From Cylindrospermopsis raciborskii Cr2010 (GTDB lineage Bacteria > Cyanobacteriota > Cyanobacteriia > Cyanobacteriales > Nostocaceae): DNA of 32,000 bases. Under the pieces are notes generated by a model, which made no database searches, was not told where the DNA came from, and saw nothing but the letters and a program-made list of their open reading frames with translations. The stretch spans positions 1,290,001-1,322,000 of the forward strand of contig NZ_CP065936.1 of NCBI RefSeq assembly GCF_003367075.2. The letters are read 5' to 3'. Within the stretch, counting starts at the first letter, position 1. Each line of letters opens with the position of its first letter. This document shows, piece by piece, positions 11,569-21,800 of the stretch. The translations under genes and the position numbers were made by a program.

Positions 11569-13005
11569 ATGTCAAGAGTGAGCGAAAAGCCAAAGTTAAC
11601 AGAACAAATTCTGGAATCACCAATTTGGTTAAAAATTGCTCTGGCAATGCCAGTAGCTATTGCAGCTGGATTTTTAGCAACAGCAAGAATCGAACAATTA
11701 AAAAAACTAGCATCTCCCACATCTATCTCTCAAACGCCCAATACAATTACTGCTGTAGGTAGACTAGAACCACGGGGAGAAGTAATCAAAATAGCTGCAC
11801 CTAACTCAGGACTTTCTGCAGGTTCTCGAGTTCAGGAACTGTTGGTAAAAGAGGGAGAAAAAGTACAAAAAGGACAGATAATTGCAATTTTAGATAGTCG
11901 AGATTCTAACATGGCCGCTGTGGAAGAAGCAAGAGCCAAATTACAGGAGTCTCGCGCTAATTTAGCGCAGGTCAAATCCTCCTCACCAAGAGATATTCAA
12001 ACCCAGAACGCGGTGATTTATAGGTTGCAAGCACAATTACAGGGAGAAGAAAAAACCCAACAAGCTACCATTGCTAGAATTGCTGCTGAATTGAGTGGGC
12101 AAAAACTTGTCCAATCTGCAACGGTTAAAAGATTAGAAGCAGAATTGATTGGACAAAGGGATATACTGAGAGCTTCTGTTGAGCGTGTGCGTGCAGAACA
12201 GCGTAATGCTCAAGTTGATGCCGGACGCTATGATTTTTTATATAAACAAGGTGCTATTTCTCAACAAGAAAGGGATAGAAGAAGTGTCAATGCTATAACT
12301 ACTACCCAGCAGTTACGGGAGAGTCAAGCTAGTTTAAAACAGGGAATAGCAACATTACAGCAGCAAATATCTGAAGCTAGAGCTAACCAAATGAGAACTA
12401 TTGCTACTTTACAACAGCAATTATTGGAGGCTATTGCTACCCGTAATCAAACCTTGTCCACATTACAAAGACAAATTGACGAAGAAAGGTCTAGATTAAA
12501 CAAACTACTAGATGTTAGTCCTATGGATTTACAAATCGCACGGGCTCAAGTTAGTAGTGCCATTGCCTTAATTAAAAAAGCACAATCAGATTTACAACTG
12601 AGTTATGTAAAAGCACCAACTAGGGGAGAAATTCTCAAGATCCATACCAAATCAGGAGAGGTAATGAATCTTAATGGGATTGCGGAAATTGGACAAACTG
12701 ATCAAATGTTTGTGGTGGCTGAAATTCCGGAGGATAGTATCGGTAGGGTTAGTATGGGACAGCTGGTTACTGTCACTAGTGATAATGGTGCATTTAGTGG
12801 GCAAATTCCAGGAAATATCACGGAAATTGGCAGAAAAATCGGTAAAAAGGATGTGTTAAATACAGATCCAGCAGCGGATATTGATGCTAGGGTGGTGGAA
12901 GTGAAAATTTCTCTTTCTCCTCAAGATAGTCAACGAGTTTCTGGGTTAACTAATGCCAAGGTAATGGTGGAAATTAATACGGATCAATCCAGTCGAAAAA
13001 AATAG
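11569..13005 (+). CDS. devB: DevB-family membrane fusion protein (HlyD-like periplasmic adaptor of a DevBCA-type ABC exporter)
   Basis: 478 aa. It has an N-terminal TM anchor, a lipoyl-like hairpin (VQELLVKEGEKVQKGQIIAILD), a long coiled coil and a beta-barrel C-terminus. It is followed directly by DevC- and DevA-type genes. Orthology to the Anabaena heterocyst-glycolipid DevB, as opposed to a paralogue, is not provable here. Confidence 0.7.
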   Translation: MSRVSEKPKLTEQILESPIWLKIALAMPVAIAAGFLATARIEQLKKLASPTSISQTPNTITAVGRLEPRGEVIKIAAPNSGLSAGSRVQELLVKEGEKVQKGQIIAILDSRDSNMAAVEEARAKLQESRANLAQVKSSSPRDIQTQNAVIYRLQAQLQGEEKTQQATIARIAAELSGQKLVQSATVKRLEAELIGQRDILRASVERVRAEQRNAQVDAGRYDFLYKQGAISQQERDRRSVNAITTTQQLRESQASLKQGIATLQQQISEARANQMRTIATLQQQLLEAIATRNQTLSTLQRQIDEERSRLNKLLDVSPMDLQIARAQVSSAIALIKKAQSDLQLSYVKAPTRGEILKIHTKSGEVMNLNGIAEIGQTDQMFVVAEIPEDSIGRVSMGQLVTVTSDNGAFSGQIPGNITEIGRKIGKKDVLNTDPAADIDARVVEVKISLSPQDSQRVSGLTNAKVMVEINTDQSSRKK

Positions 13006-13042
13006 AGTAGTCATTCTACCAATCACTTCATCATTTTTCACA

Positions 13043-14197
13043 ATGTTACAGAAAATACCTCTATCTTGGCTACAACTAACAAGAGAAAAAACTCGCCTAG
13101 CTGTGGCTTTATCAGGTATTGCTTTTGCTGATATTTTGATGTTTATGCAGTTAGGTTTTCGAGATGCATTATATTATAGTAATGTGAGAATGCACAGCAG
13201 TTTAAAGGGCGATATTGTAATTATTAATAATCAATCTAATGCTGTGTTGGCCATGAAACCTTTTTCCTCGCGACGGCTATATAAGGCTTTAGATGCACCC
13301 AGTGTTTCGTCTGTTCATCCTATCTATTTAGATTATACTAGCTGGAAAAATCCAGTTACTGGTCGTTCCCGCAGTATTCTGACTTTTGGATTTAATCCAG
13401 AATATAATGTTTTTGATTTACCAGGAGTCTCTAACAATATTGATAAATTAAAACTTCCTGATGTGGTATTATTTGACCGTTCTTCCAGAGTAGAATATGG
13501 TCCAATTGCTAGTGATTTCGACCAGGGTAAAACTGTTACAGCAGAGATTAAAAGACGACGGGTTCAAGTAGTGGGATTATTTACTTTGGGTGCATCCTTT
13601 GGAGCAGATGGTAATTTAATTACTAGTGATGTGAATTTCTTGAGGATATTTCGTAATCGTCAACTGGGATTAATTGATATTGGGTTAGTCCGCATTAAAC
13701 CAGGAGCAGATGTTAATCAAGTTGCCACCTATTTGCGAGGCTATTTACCACCAGATGTGAATGTTTTAACTAAGCAGGAATTTATAGATTTTGAAAGAAA
13801 CTATTGGGCAACTAGTACTGCTATCGGGTTTATTTTTACTTTGGGGACAATCATGGGATTTATTGTGGGAACTGTGATTGTTTATCAAATTCTTTATACG
13901 GAGGTAACAGATCATCTATCAGAATATGCCACTCTTAAAGCTATAGGTTACACCCAAAACTATCTATTAAGTGTGATTTTACAAGAGGCTTTCATGTTGG
14001 CAATTTTAGGCTATGTCCCTGGCTTTTTTTCCGTTCTATTCCTTTACCAGGTCGCTAAAAATGCCACACTTTTACCAGTAATGATGAGCTACGGTCGAGC
14101 AATCATGGTATTGATATTAACTATTATTATGTGTTTTATTTCCGGAGCTATTGCCATTAGAAAGTTACGCTCGGCCGATCCAGCAGATATTTTTTAA
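13043..14197 (+). CDS. devC: DevC-family ABC exporter permease (FtsX-like)
   Basis: 384 aa. It has an N-terminal TM, a large periplasmic domain and a C-terminal FtsX-like 3-TM bundle (ATLKAIGYTQNYLLSVILQEAFMLAILGYVPG). It sits between devB-like and devA-like genes. Confidence 0.75.
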   Translation: MLQKIPLSWLQLTREKTRLAVALSGIAFADILMFMQLGFRDALYYSNVRMHSSLKGDIVIINNQSNAVLAMKPFSSRRLYKALDAPSVSSVHPIYLDYTSWKNPVTGRSRSILTFGFNPEYNVFDLPGVSNNIDKLKLPDVVLFDRSSRVEYGPIASDFDQGKTVTAEIKRRRVQVVGLFTLGASFGADGNLITSDVNFLRIFRNRQLGLIDIGLVRIKPGADVNQVATYLRGYLPPDVNVLTKQEFIDFERNYWATSTAIGFIFTLGTIMGFIVGTVIVYQILYTEVTDHLSEYATLKAIGYTQNYLLSVILQEAFMLAILGYVPGFFSVLFLYQVAKNATLLPVMMSYGRAIMVLILTIIMCFISGAIAIRKLRSADPADIF

Positions 14198-14238
14198 AAA
14201 CTCTCCACAACATCACTCATTAATATTAGGAGTCATAT

Positions 14239-14940
14239 ATGAATTATAAGAAACCAGTAATCTCTGTTAAAAATCTTAACCACTACTATGGTAAGGGAAT
14301 CCTCAAAAGGCAAATTCTCTTTGACATCAATCTGGATGTATATTCGGGAGAAATTGTCATTATGACTGGTCCTTCAGGTTCAGGTAAAACTACTTTATTA
14401 AGTCTCATTGGTGGTTTACGCTCGGTTCAAGAGGGTAGTCTCAAGTTTTTGGGCAAGGAATTATTGGCAGCTCGTCAAGATCAATTGGTACAAATTAGAC
14501 GCAATATCGGGTACATTTTTCAAGCACACAATTTATTGGGTTTCTTAACTGCTAGACAAAATGTGCAAATGGCAGTGGAATTAAATGATAATATTTCTCC
14601 ACTCCAGGCTATGAAAAAATCAACTACCATGCTGGAAGCAGTTGGTCTGGGTTCACGAATTAACTATTATCCCGATAATTTATCGGGGGGGCAAAAACAA
14701 AGAATTGCTATCGCCCGTGCTTTAGTCAATCATCCCCCCCTCGTTTTGGCTGATGAACCTACAGCGGCGCTAGATAAACAGTCCGGACGTGATGTGGTAG
14801 AAATTATGCAGCGCTTGGCTAAGGAACAAGGTACTGCTATTCTACTGGTTACCCATGATAATCGCATCCTCGATATAGCTGATCGCATTCTAGAAATGGA
14901 AGATGGTTTATTGACCCGCGACTCCTCCACCATAACTTAA
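14239..14940 (+). CDS. devA: DevA-family ABC exporter ATP-binding protein
   Basis: Walker A GPSGSGKTT, signature LSGGQKQRIAIARAL and Walker B LVLADEPTAALD are present. AGGAG lies 7 nt upstream of the ATG. Confidence 0.8.
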   Translation: MNYKKPVISVKNLNHYYGKGILKRQILFDINLDVYSGEIVIMTGPSGSGKTTLLSLIGGLRSVQEGSLKFLGKELLAARQDQLVQIRRNIGYIFQAHNLLGFLTARQNVQMAVELNDNISPLQAMKKSTTMLEAVGLGSRINYYPDNLSGGQKQRIAIARALVNHPPLVLADEPTAALDKQSGRDVVEIMQRLAKEQGTAILLVTHDNRILDIADRILEMEDGLLTRDSSTIT

Positions 14941-15975
14941 TGAATGATCCTCCTTAACTTCTATTACCAAATCTACTGGCAATGATTTTGGGGGTGATTT
15001 TATTAAGAGCTCCATAAATAATTCTGGATGTAATGATCGCCAAAAATACTTGACAAATTCTTCTATTTGTCCATCGTTCATACCTGAAAAACCCGCAGCA
15101 ATCATTTTATGTTCTGCTTCTTTACGCCACTTTAAAGAAAATCTGTAATCAGTTGGTTTAAGTATTATTAAACTATCTATTTTTTGCCACAGAGGTACAT
15201 AAGCTCCTAACTGCTGGTTCCTATGACGGGCAAAAGCCTGATCTTCTGGGGTGATAATCGGTGCTGGTGCATTAGTAAATGTTTCTGGGTCTATGGGTAA
15301 CACCCCCACAAACCAACCTTCAAATAACACTATATCAACTTGATCTATTATTTCTGGGGTAGTGCGATCGCCTATTCCACAAAGGGCGGATTTATCAAAA
15401 CGGGGAACTGTCACGGGAAACTTGTTTTGGAGAATCTGATCCAGTAGGCTTAAACCTAGGTGAATATCGTGGGTTCCTGGTGGACCTCGCCAAATCAATC
15501 GGGGGTCTTGCTCTCTTAACTTCACGCGATCGCTGTGAGTTTTATATAAATCATCCAATGATAGACTTAAACTAGAGTATCCCAAGTGTCGGAGAACCAG
15601 GTTGAGGATCTGGCACATTGTGGTTTTACCCGTGCCCTGGGGACCTAAAATCCCCTGAATCATAGGCCTCCCTAAACTTTTTCTGCTCGAGGCAATTTTT
15701 ACCCCCAGGGGTAGCCATAAGTCCCATAATGCCTGTAACATGGTTTGGGTGGGTATTTGCAGGTTATTTTCGCACAGTTGCTTAAAATCCGGAAAAACAC
15801 ACCTAAGAAGAGATAATCGCTCTTCCACAACCTGGTTTACATTCTCAGGGGTAATGCCAAATAGCTTTGCCCCAGCTTCCCATGTCCTAACTTCTTGTGC
15901 TAAAACTTGCCAATGTTCCCTTTCACCCGCAAGTAAACTTGCCAGTGAGACCTGACTGAGCCAACTGTTGCTCAT
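14908..15975 (-). CDS. P-loop kinase resembling plant/cyanobacterial-type D-glycerate 3-kinase (GLYK)
   Basis: 355 aa. It has the P-loop GPQGTGKTT and then the pattern LSLDDLYKT...RGPPGTHD...VPRFDKSA..G.GDR...DIVLFEGWFVG. From memory, that pattern matches the GLYK family. Its 3' end overlaps devA by 33 nt. Confidence 0.6.
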   Translation of the reverse strand: MSNSWLSQVSLASLLAGEREHWQVLAQEVRTWEAGAKLFGITPENVNQVVEERLSLLRCVFPDFKQLCENNLQIPTQTMLQALWDLWLPLGVKIASSRKSLGRPMIQGILGPQGTGKTTMCQILNLVLRHLGYSSLSLSLDDLYKTHSDRVKLREQDPRLIWRGPPGTHDIHLGLSLLDQILQNKFPVTVPRFDKSALCGIGDRTTPEIIDQVDIVLFEGWFVGVLPIDPETFTNAPAPIITPEDQAFARHRNQQLGAYVPLWQKIDSLIILKPTDYRFSLKWRKEAEHKMIAAGFSGMNDGQIEEFVKYFWRSLHPELFMELLIKSPPKSLPVDLVIEVKEDHSLSYGGGVAGQ

Positions 15976-16014
15976 AACTGATACTCACGAACTTACTCAA
16001 AACAACTTTCTACC

Positions 16015-16377
16015 CTAGGAACCTAATTTGAAGGCCTCTAAAAACAGACTATATATTAAACCAATCTTGAGCCAATTGAGGGATTCGACCCAAATGGCTC
16101 GTTGAGAAAAAAACCCACGACTATAGAACAATCTGCTGGCAACTTCCGTCAGTAAAACCAAGACAGCAGCGGCCCATATATCCAGTTGAGCTTGTTGTCC
16201 TGCGGTGGTGGAAACTACTGATCCCAAAAAAAAACCAAATAGCCAACTAATCAACAACAGACATAATCGTCGCCAAGGGTTCATGAACCATTGTGCCACA
16301 TTTGTGGCAATGGTATCTAACAAATTGTTAAGACGAGTATTCTGCATATAGATTGGGGGATGAATGAAATGGGACAA
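16015..16377 (-). CDS. Small 3-TM membrane protein, Ycf20/DUF565-like
   Basis: 120 aa with three hydrophobic helices. The overall look matches cyanobacterial/plastid Ycf20-like proteins. The gene lies 39 nt upstream of, and co-oriented with, the GLYK-like gene. Confidence 0.5.
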   Translation of the reverse strand: MSHFIHPPIYMQNTRLNNLLDTIATNVAQWFMNPWRRLCLLLISWLFGFFLGSVVSTTAGQQAQLDIWAAAVLVLLTEVASRLFYSRGFFSQRAIWVESLNWLKIGLIYSLFLEAFKLGS

Positions 16378-16428
16378 GAGTTAATTATCTAATGTCTAAC
16401 TGCTATTCGCAAACTATTACTGAAAACT

Positions 16429-16986
16429 ATGATTATCAAATCCCCCGCACATCTTAAATTCACAGTTATAACTTTTACATTAATTATGCTAGGGCTACTG
16501 GGGGGATGTTTAGGACTGACTGTGTCCTTTGATTCCCAACCCTCCGATAGTATATCGCAAGCACCAGAGAAATCACCACTTTTGGAAAATGATACAGCTA
16601 CACCAAGTCCCCAGTTCCAGCAGGTTGAACCTAAGACAATTAGTGACCGAACACTGGAAAAGAGCAAATTTGGCAATTTACGCATCAGTAATAAGACATA
16701 TCAACCAATTCGTTTAGCCTTGTTGTTACGACATTCCCCATCCTCTCCTTCAGGGAAAAAAGGTTTAATTCCTGCTCATTGGGACTTTGCTCCCCAAGAA
16801 GGTAGTCAGGGAGGTTTAATACTGTCCTTACCAGATGGTAGTTTGAAGTTGGAAAAAGGGGATATTTTGGTAGCTTTTGCTCAAGATGGCTCACGACGTT
16901 ATTGGGGACCGTATATTGTGGGGGAAACCTCTGATCCATTATGGGATCCCAAAACTAGAGAATGGCAATTAACACTTGTCCCTTAA
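16429..16986 (+). CDS. Hypothetical lipoprotein
   Basis: 185 aa. A signal peptide with lipobox LLGGC is followed by a Ser/Pro-rich linker and a conserved-looking C-terminal domain. I recognise no family. Confidence 0.5.
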   Translation: MIIKSPAHLKFTVITFTLIMLGLLGGCLGLTVSFDSQPSDSISQAPEKSPLLENDTATPSPQFQQVEPKTISDRTLEKSKFGNLRISNKTYQPIRLALLLRHSPSSPSGKKGLIPAHWDFAPQEGSQGGLILSLPDGSLKLEKGDILVAFAQDGSRRYWGPYIVGETSDPLWDPKTREWQLTLVP

Positions 16987-17030
16987 TTAACTCAATTCAT
17001 TTTTAGTTTGTATTTGCGGGTCGTGACTTT

Positions 17031-18860
17031 ATGAGGCTAAAATCAATTAATTTATCTCCTATAAGATACTGGTTTCAAAACGTGGGCGATAATTCCATAT
17101 TGATAACAATTTTTACCCTAATCTGGTTGTTAGGAATTAATTTTATTGCGTTTATATGGAACCTGGGAAGTGTGGGACTAATAGATGAAACTGAGCCATT
17201 GTTTGCTGAAGCATCCCGACAAATGTTGATCACTGGAGATTGGATCACACCTTTTTTCGATGGTCAAACACGGTTTGATAAGCCAGCTTTAATTTATTGG
17301 TTCCAGGCGATCGCTTATAAGATTATGGGTGTCAATGAATGGGCAGTACGCATACCCTCAGCCTTAGCTGCTATTAGTGTCACAGTTATGTCTTTTTATG
17401 TAGTAAAGTGGCACTTTACCGAAAAAGACCGATTAGACCAAACAACTAACCTCCCTCGTCGTTATTTTATAGCCACCCTGACATCGGGTATGATAGCTCT
17501 CAACCCAGAAATGATTGTTTGGGGAAGGGTAGGGGTTTCAGATATGCTACTCACTGGTGGTATTGCTTGTTCTTTACTCAGTTTTTTTGTGGGTTATGCC
17601 CAGAATTCTCCCCCCTCCCGCTGGCCTAATCCATGGTATGTCACCAGTTATGTTTTGATGGGTGCAGCGGTTCTCACCAAAGGACCTGTGGGTATAGTTC
17701 TCCCCGGATTTATTCTCATTGCCTTTGCTTTATATCTAGGCAAGTTTAAACAACTATGGCAAGAAGCTCAACCAGTCCTTGGCATATTCATTGTTGTAAT
17801 CATTAATGCCCCTTGGTATGTTTTAGTAACTTGGCGCAATGGATGGAACTTCATTAATACCTTCTTTGGCTATCACAACATAGAACGTTTCACAGAAGTG
17901 GTGAACGGTCATTCAGCTCCTTGGTATTTTTATTTCCTGGTGGTGTTATTTGGTTTTCTACCCTACTCTGTATTTCTCCCAGCAGCTTTAATCAAATTCA
18001 TAGGGTGGAAATTTTGGCAGAACTCCTGGCGCTCTTACATAATATCACAAGAACGTTCTCAACACTTGGGTTTGTTTGCCTGTTTTTGGTTCCTGGGTGT
18101 ATTTATCTTCTTCACCATTGCTACCACAAAACTTCCTAGTTATGTATTACCCCTTATGCCAGCTGCAGGTATTCTTATAGGTTTGTTTAGTAGCGATTTA
18201 TTTACTCATAAACCAACTGATAAATCTTTTCGTCTCAGCAGTTGGGCAAATGTGGCTTTTTCATTAACCATTGCGATCGCTTTACTTCATGTTTTACAAC
18301 TTTTCGGTACAGACTCAGCTGCTCCTGAATTTTATCAAAAACTACAACATTCAGGTTTGACTAACCTGGGGGGGTGGATTTGGTTAACTACGGCTATTGC
18401 GGTTGCCTGTTTAAACTTAATTCGTAGTTATAGAATAGTTCTTCCCACCAATATTCTGGCATTTGTAATATTCCTAGCACTTGTGCTTATGCCTGCATTA
18501 TTTATGATGGATGAAGAACGTCAAGCTCCTTTAAGACAATTATCCGCACTTGCTGTATCTGAAATAAAACCCCATGAGGAATTAGTCATGGTAGGTTTTC
18601 AAAAACCAACCGTAAGTTTTTATTCCCGAAAAGCAGTCACCTATCTGGAGGATGCACAGGAAGCGTTGGATTACATTCGCACCCAAAGTGTCACTACTAA
18701 AAATTCACATTCCTTACTGCTTTTATTGGAACAGCAAGAATTCATGACCATGAGTTTACCACTAGAAAATTATAAACCTATGGGTAAAAAAGGTGCTTAC
18801 CATCTAATTCGTGTACCTTTACCACCCATAAAAAAGAGTCATTCTCTTTCTAAGGCTTGA
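17031..18860 (+). CDS. GT-C fold glycosyltransferase, family 39 (ArnT / PMT-like)
   Basis: 609 aa with more than 10 TM helices. The first periplasmic loop carries the acidic DETEP motif followed by FDKPAL..W. This is typical of ArnT/dolichyl-phosphate-mannose transferase-like enzymes. Confidence 0.75.
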   Translation: MRLKSINLSPIRYWFQNVGDNSILITIFTLIWLLGINFIAFIWNLGSVGLIDETEPLFAEASRQMLITGDWITPFFDGQTRFDKPALIYWFQAIAYKIMGVNEWAVRIPSALAAISVTVMSFYVVKWHFTEKDRLDQTTNLPRRYFIATLTSGMIALNPEMIVWGRVGVSDMLLTGGIACSLLSFFVGYAQNSPPSRWPNPWYVTSYVLMGAAVLTKGPVGIVLPGFILIAFALYLGKFKQLWQEAQPVLGIFIVVIINAPWYVLVTWRNGWNFINTFFGYHNIERFTEVVNGHSAPWYFYFLVVLFGFLPYSVFLPAALIKFIGWKFWQNSWRSYIISQERSQHLGLFACFWFLGVFIFFTIATTKLPSYVLPLMPAAGILIGLFSSDLFTHKPTDKSFRLSSWANVAFSLTIAIALLHVLQLFGTDSAAPEFYQKLQHSGLTNLGGWIWLTTAIAVACLNLIRSYRIVLPTNILAFVIFLALVLMPALFMMDEERQAPLRQLSALAVSEIKPHEELVMVGFQKPTVSFYSRKAVTYLEDAQEALDYIRTQSVTTKNSHSLLLLLEQQEFMTMSLPLENYKPMGKKGAYHLIRVPLPPIKKSHSLSKA

Positions 18861-21800
18861 TTAATTTCACCTAATAAGTCTTCCATGGAAATAGAACGAG
18901 GTAATAGCTGAGTAGCAACACCCTGATTAACCTTGCCCAACCTTCCCAATAAATTCACATTAATATCACTCGTCCTTTTATCAAGCACTAAAATTGGAGG
19001 TAACTTCACCTGCAAATTTGCAAGGGAATTTAATACATTTTCTATTTCCTGAGTTGCTGTAGCTTCCCCAATACAGAGTAATATCAAATCAACACTCTGA
19101 TGAATGATTTGTTGCACTAACTCCCGCCAACAGTTACCTATCCCCGCCTTAAAACCAGCAGTTTGTAAATATTGAATCAGTGCTTGAAACCATTCTCCAC
19201 CCACTTGAACCTTACTTGTAGAGTTTTGCTTTGCCACCAATTTCTGTGACTGCATCATATGCTTTAAAGAATATTGGGGAGAGTCTGATCTCTGAATGTT
19301 ACTTACTCTACTATGAGCGTGTTTACTGTTCACATCGGGTAAATCACTTAACATGGTTATATCCACTACTAATATATTTGGAGGACAACCAATACCAGAG
19401 GCAATTTCCAATACGGATACTAAATGATCTAAATTATGACCATGTATCGTTTCTTTGCCCATAGGCGTCAAGCAAGGAAAGACTCCCAACCCAGGTATTT
19501 GAGATGCTGCTAGGGTAGTAGCTGCATCACAGGTAACTAGAGGTATTTTGGCCAATCTGGGATATTGAGGTAACTGCTGTAAATACTTCTGCGCATTGAC
19601 ATTATCAGTATCTAACAAAATCACATCAAACTGCCATACCCTGGCCAAAATTTCCGCCTGTTCTAAATCATCCACTTCTATTACCCGATGCTCTGTTAAA
19701 GAGGGATGGGGATTGGATTCCAGTTCTGCACTAACTAGTCTAAGGATTTTTAAGGTTTTTTGTGTGGGTAAGGGTTCCTCCGACGGAGAATCTATCTTCT
19801 CTGATTTTGCTACCATACACCATCTTTCTACTATGGGAACCATAGCCGAATATTCCACTGGTAAGCTCAAAAAATCATCCGCTCTATTTAAGTAAGCCTG
19901 TTCTTTTTCTGCACCTGTAGCCGTAATAATTACGGGAATGTGTCGAGTCGCACTGTCTGATTTTAGCAGAGTTAGCACGTCCCAACCAGAAAGTAGAGGT
20001 AGTAGAGGATTTAAAAATATAGTCTTCGGTTGTAATCGTCTTGCTTTTTCCAGCGCTTCAGTTCCAGAACGAGCAATTACTACCCGATATCCCAAACTTT
20101 TCAGGTGTTGGGTAATTTCCTCTATATATCTACTGACTGCTTCCACAATCAAAATTAAACGCTGAGAAGATATTAATTGAGGTGTTTCCCCATTTCCCCC
20201 CGATGTGTCTGTAAAACTTGTTTTTGGCGGGGAGGGTGGCAATAACAAGGTAAATTGACTACCTTTACCTTCACGAGATAAAAAACTTACATCTCCTCCG
20301 TGTAACCGCGCCAATGCCCGGGTGAGGACTAATCCTAACCCAGTACCCTCAAACTGGCGATTTAGAGGGTTTTCTAACTGTTGGAATTTTTGGAAGATTA
20401 AATGTTGTTGGTGGTCAGGAATACCAATTCCCGTATCCCATACTGTAAAAGCAATCCATCCTTCCCATCTATTTACTCGCAGTCCCACTTTCCCAAAACT
20501 TTCGGTGAATTTGAAGGCATTGCCCAGCAAATGCACTAACATCTGTCTTAACCTTAGTTCATCCGCCACTATTTCTTTTAGTCCTGGTTCAATGCTCAAG
20601 CTAAATTCATGACTGGGCAATGATTCACCCTTTCTTCCTGTTTGATTATGTACCGATCTGGCTTCTACCAAAGCGCGATCGCACACTTCCTGAATTCGTA
20701 CTGGTGATGGTGTGAGTTCCATCTGTCCAGTTTCCATGCGTGTCAAATCTAAAATATCATTCACCACACTCATCAAATGACGACCACTTTGATGAATGAG
20801 TCCTGCATAGCGAGCTTGTCTTTCGTTTAATTCTCCTAAATTCTTATCCACTAAAAGTCTTGACAAACCCAAAACTGCTGTTAGGGGAGTTTTCAACTCA
20901 TGGCTAATACAAGCTAGGAATTCATCTTTTAACCGGTTAAGTTGAATTAAATCCGCATTTTTAGCAGCTAATTCCTTAAAAAGTTGTTGTTGTTCGGTTA
21001 CATCTGTGGCCAAGACTAACCATAGGTCCTTGGTTAAAAGTTGTGAATTTTCCTTTGTTAATGTCAATTGTGATTCCGGACCCCAGATTTTCAGTTCTCG
21101 ACTATCTAGGGGGATTTTAGCAAACTGCCAAATTCGTTCCTGGCCATTTTGCACCTCTACCACACAGATACAAGTACCCTGTTGAGAGTCTAGATAGCAG
21201 TAATTGGGGGAATCATTGGCTTTACTGTAGGATTCCTCTATTGTGTTTAAATCTGGTTGATAATCTTGTGTATGTTTTAAATTAAGTTTATTTATCTCTA
21301 AAGGTTTTTCTATAGAGAAACTAGATTTTACATATTCACTGATACGGGTGTGATTATGAATAGGTTGTGGAACTTGCATTTTAACTGCTGTTAAAATGCT
21401 TTCCACCTGCATTCTAATCCCTTCAGGATCCTTCAAAACTCCCAATTGTTCCCACCAAGCAGGATTTTTAGTTAGGATCTCACCGTTTCCGGTTTGCAAC
21501 ATCAAGGGCCAAGGTAATCGCTCTAACAATTGAACAAAAGGATTTCTTTGCCAGGGGCGAGTTGTTTTCCTCTGAATATCATCAGTTTTCTGGGGAGGAT
21601 TGTCTTCCTTAATAACCTTACTATGACTAGTAAAAAAAGCTAATAGGCGTTTACTGTCAAGTAAACCCAAGAACTTCCCATCTGAGTCAACTAAGGCCCA
21701 GTCTAAACTTGAGTTCTTTTGATGTTTTGGATAGCGTAACAACAGGCCCAGTTTATTTAGGGAATTGGATGCTACAATAGTCTCTAGTGGGGAAATAAGA

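Noticed and set aside
16389-16939. Minus-strand ORFs of 98 aa and 84 aa overlapping the lipoprotein gene.
   Set aside because: The plus-strand frame has a proper signal peptide and lipobox and a longer ORF. The antisense ORFs have no recognisable features.
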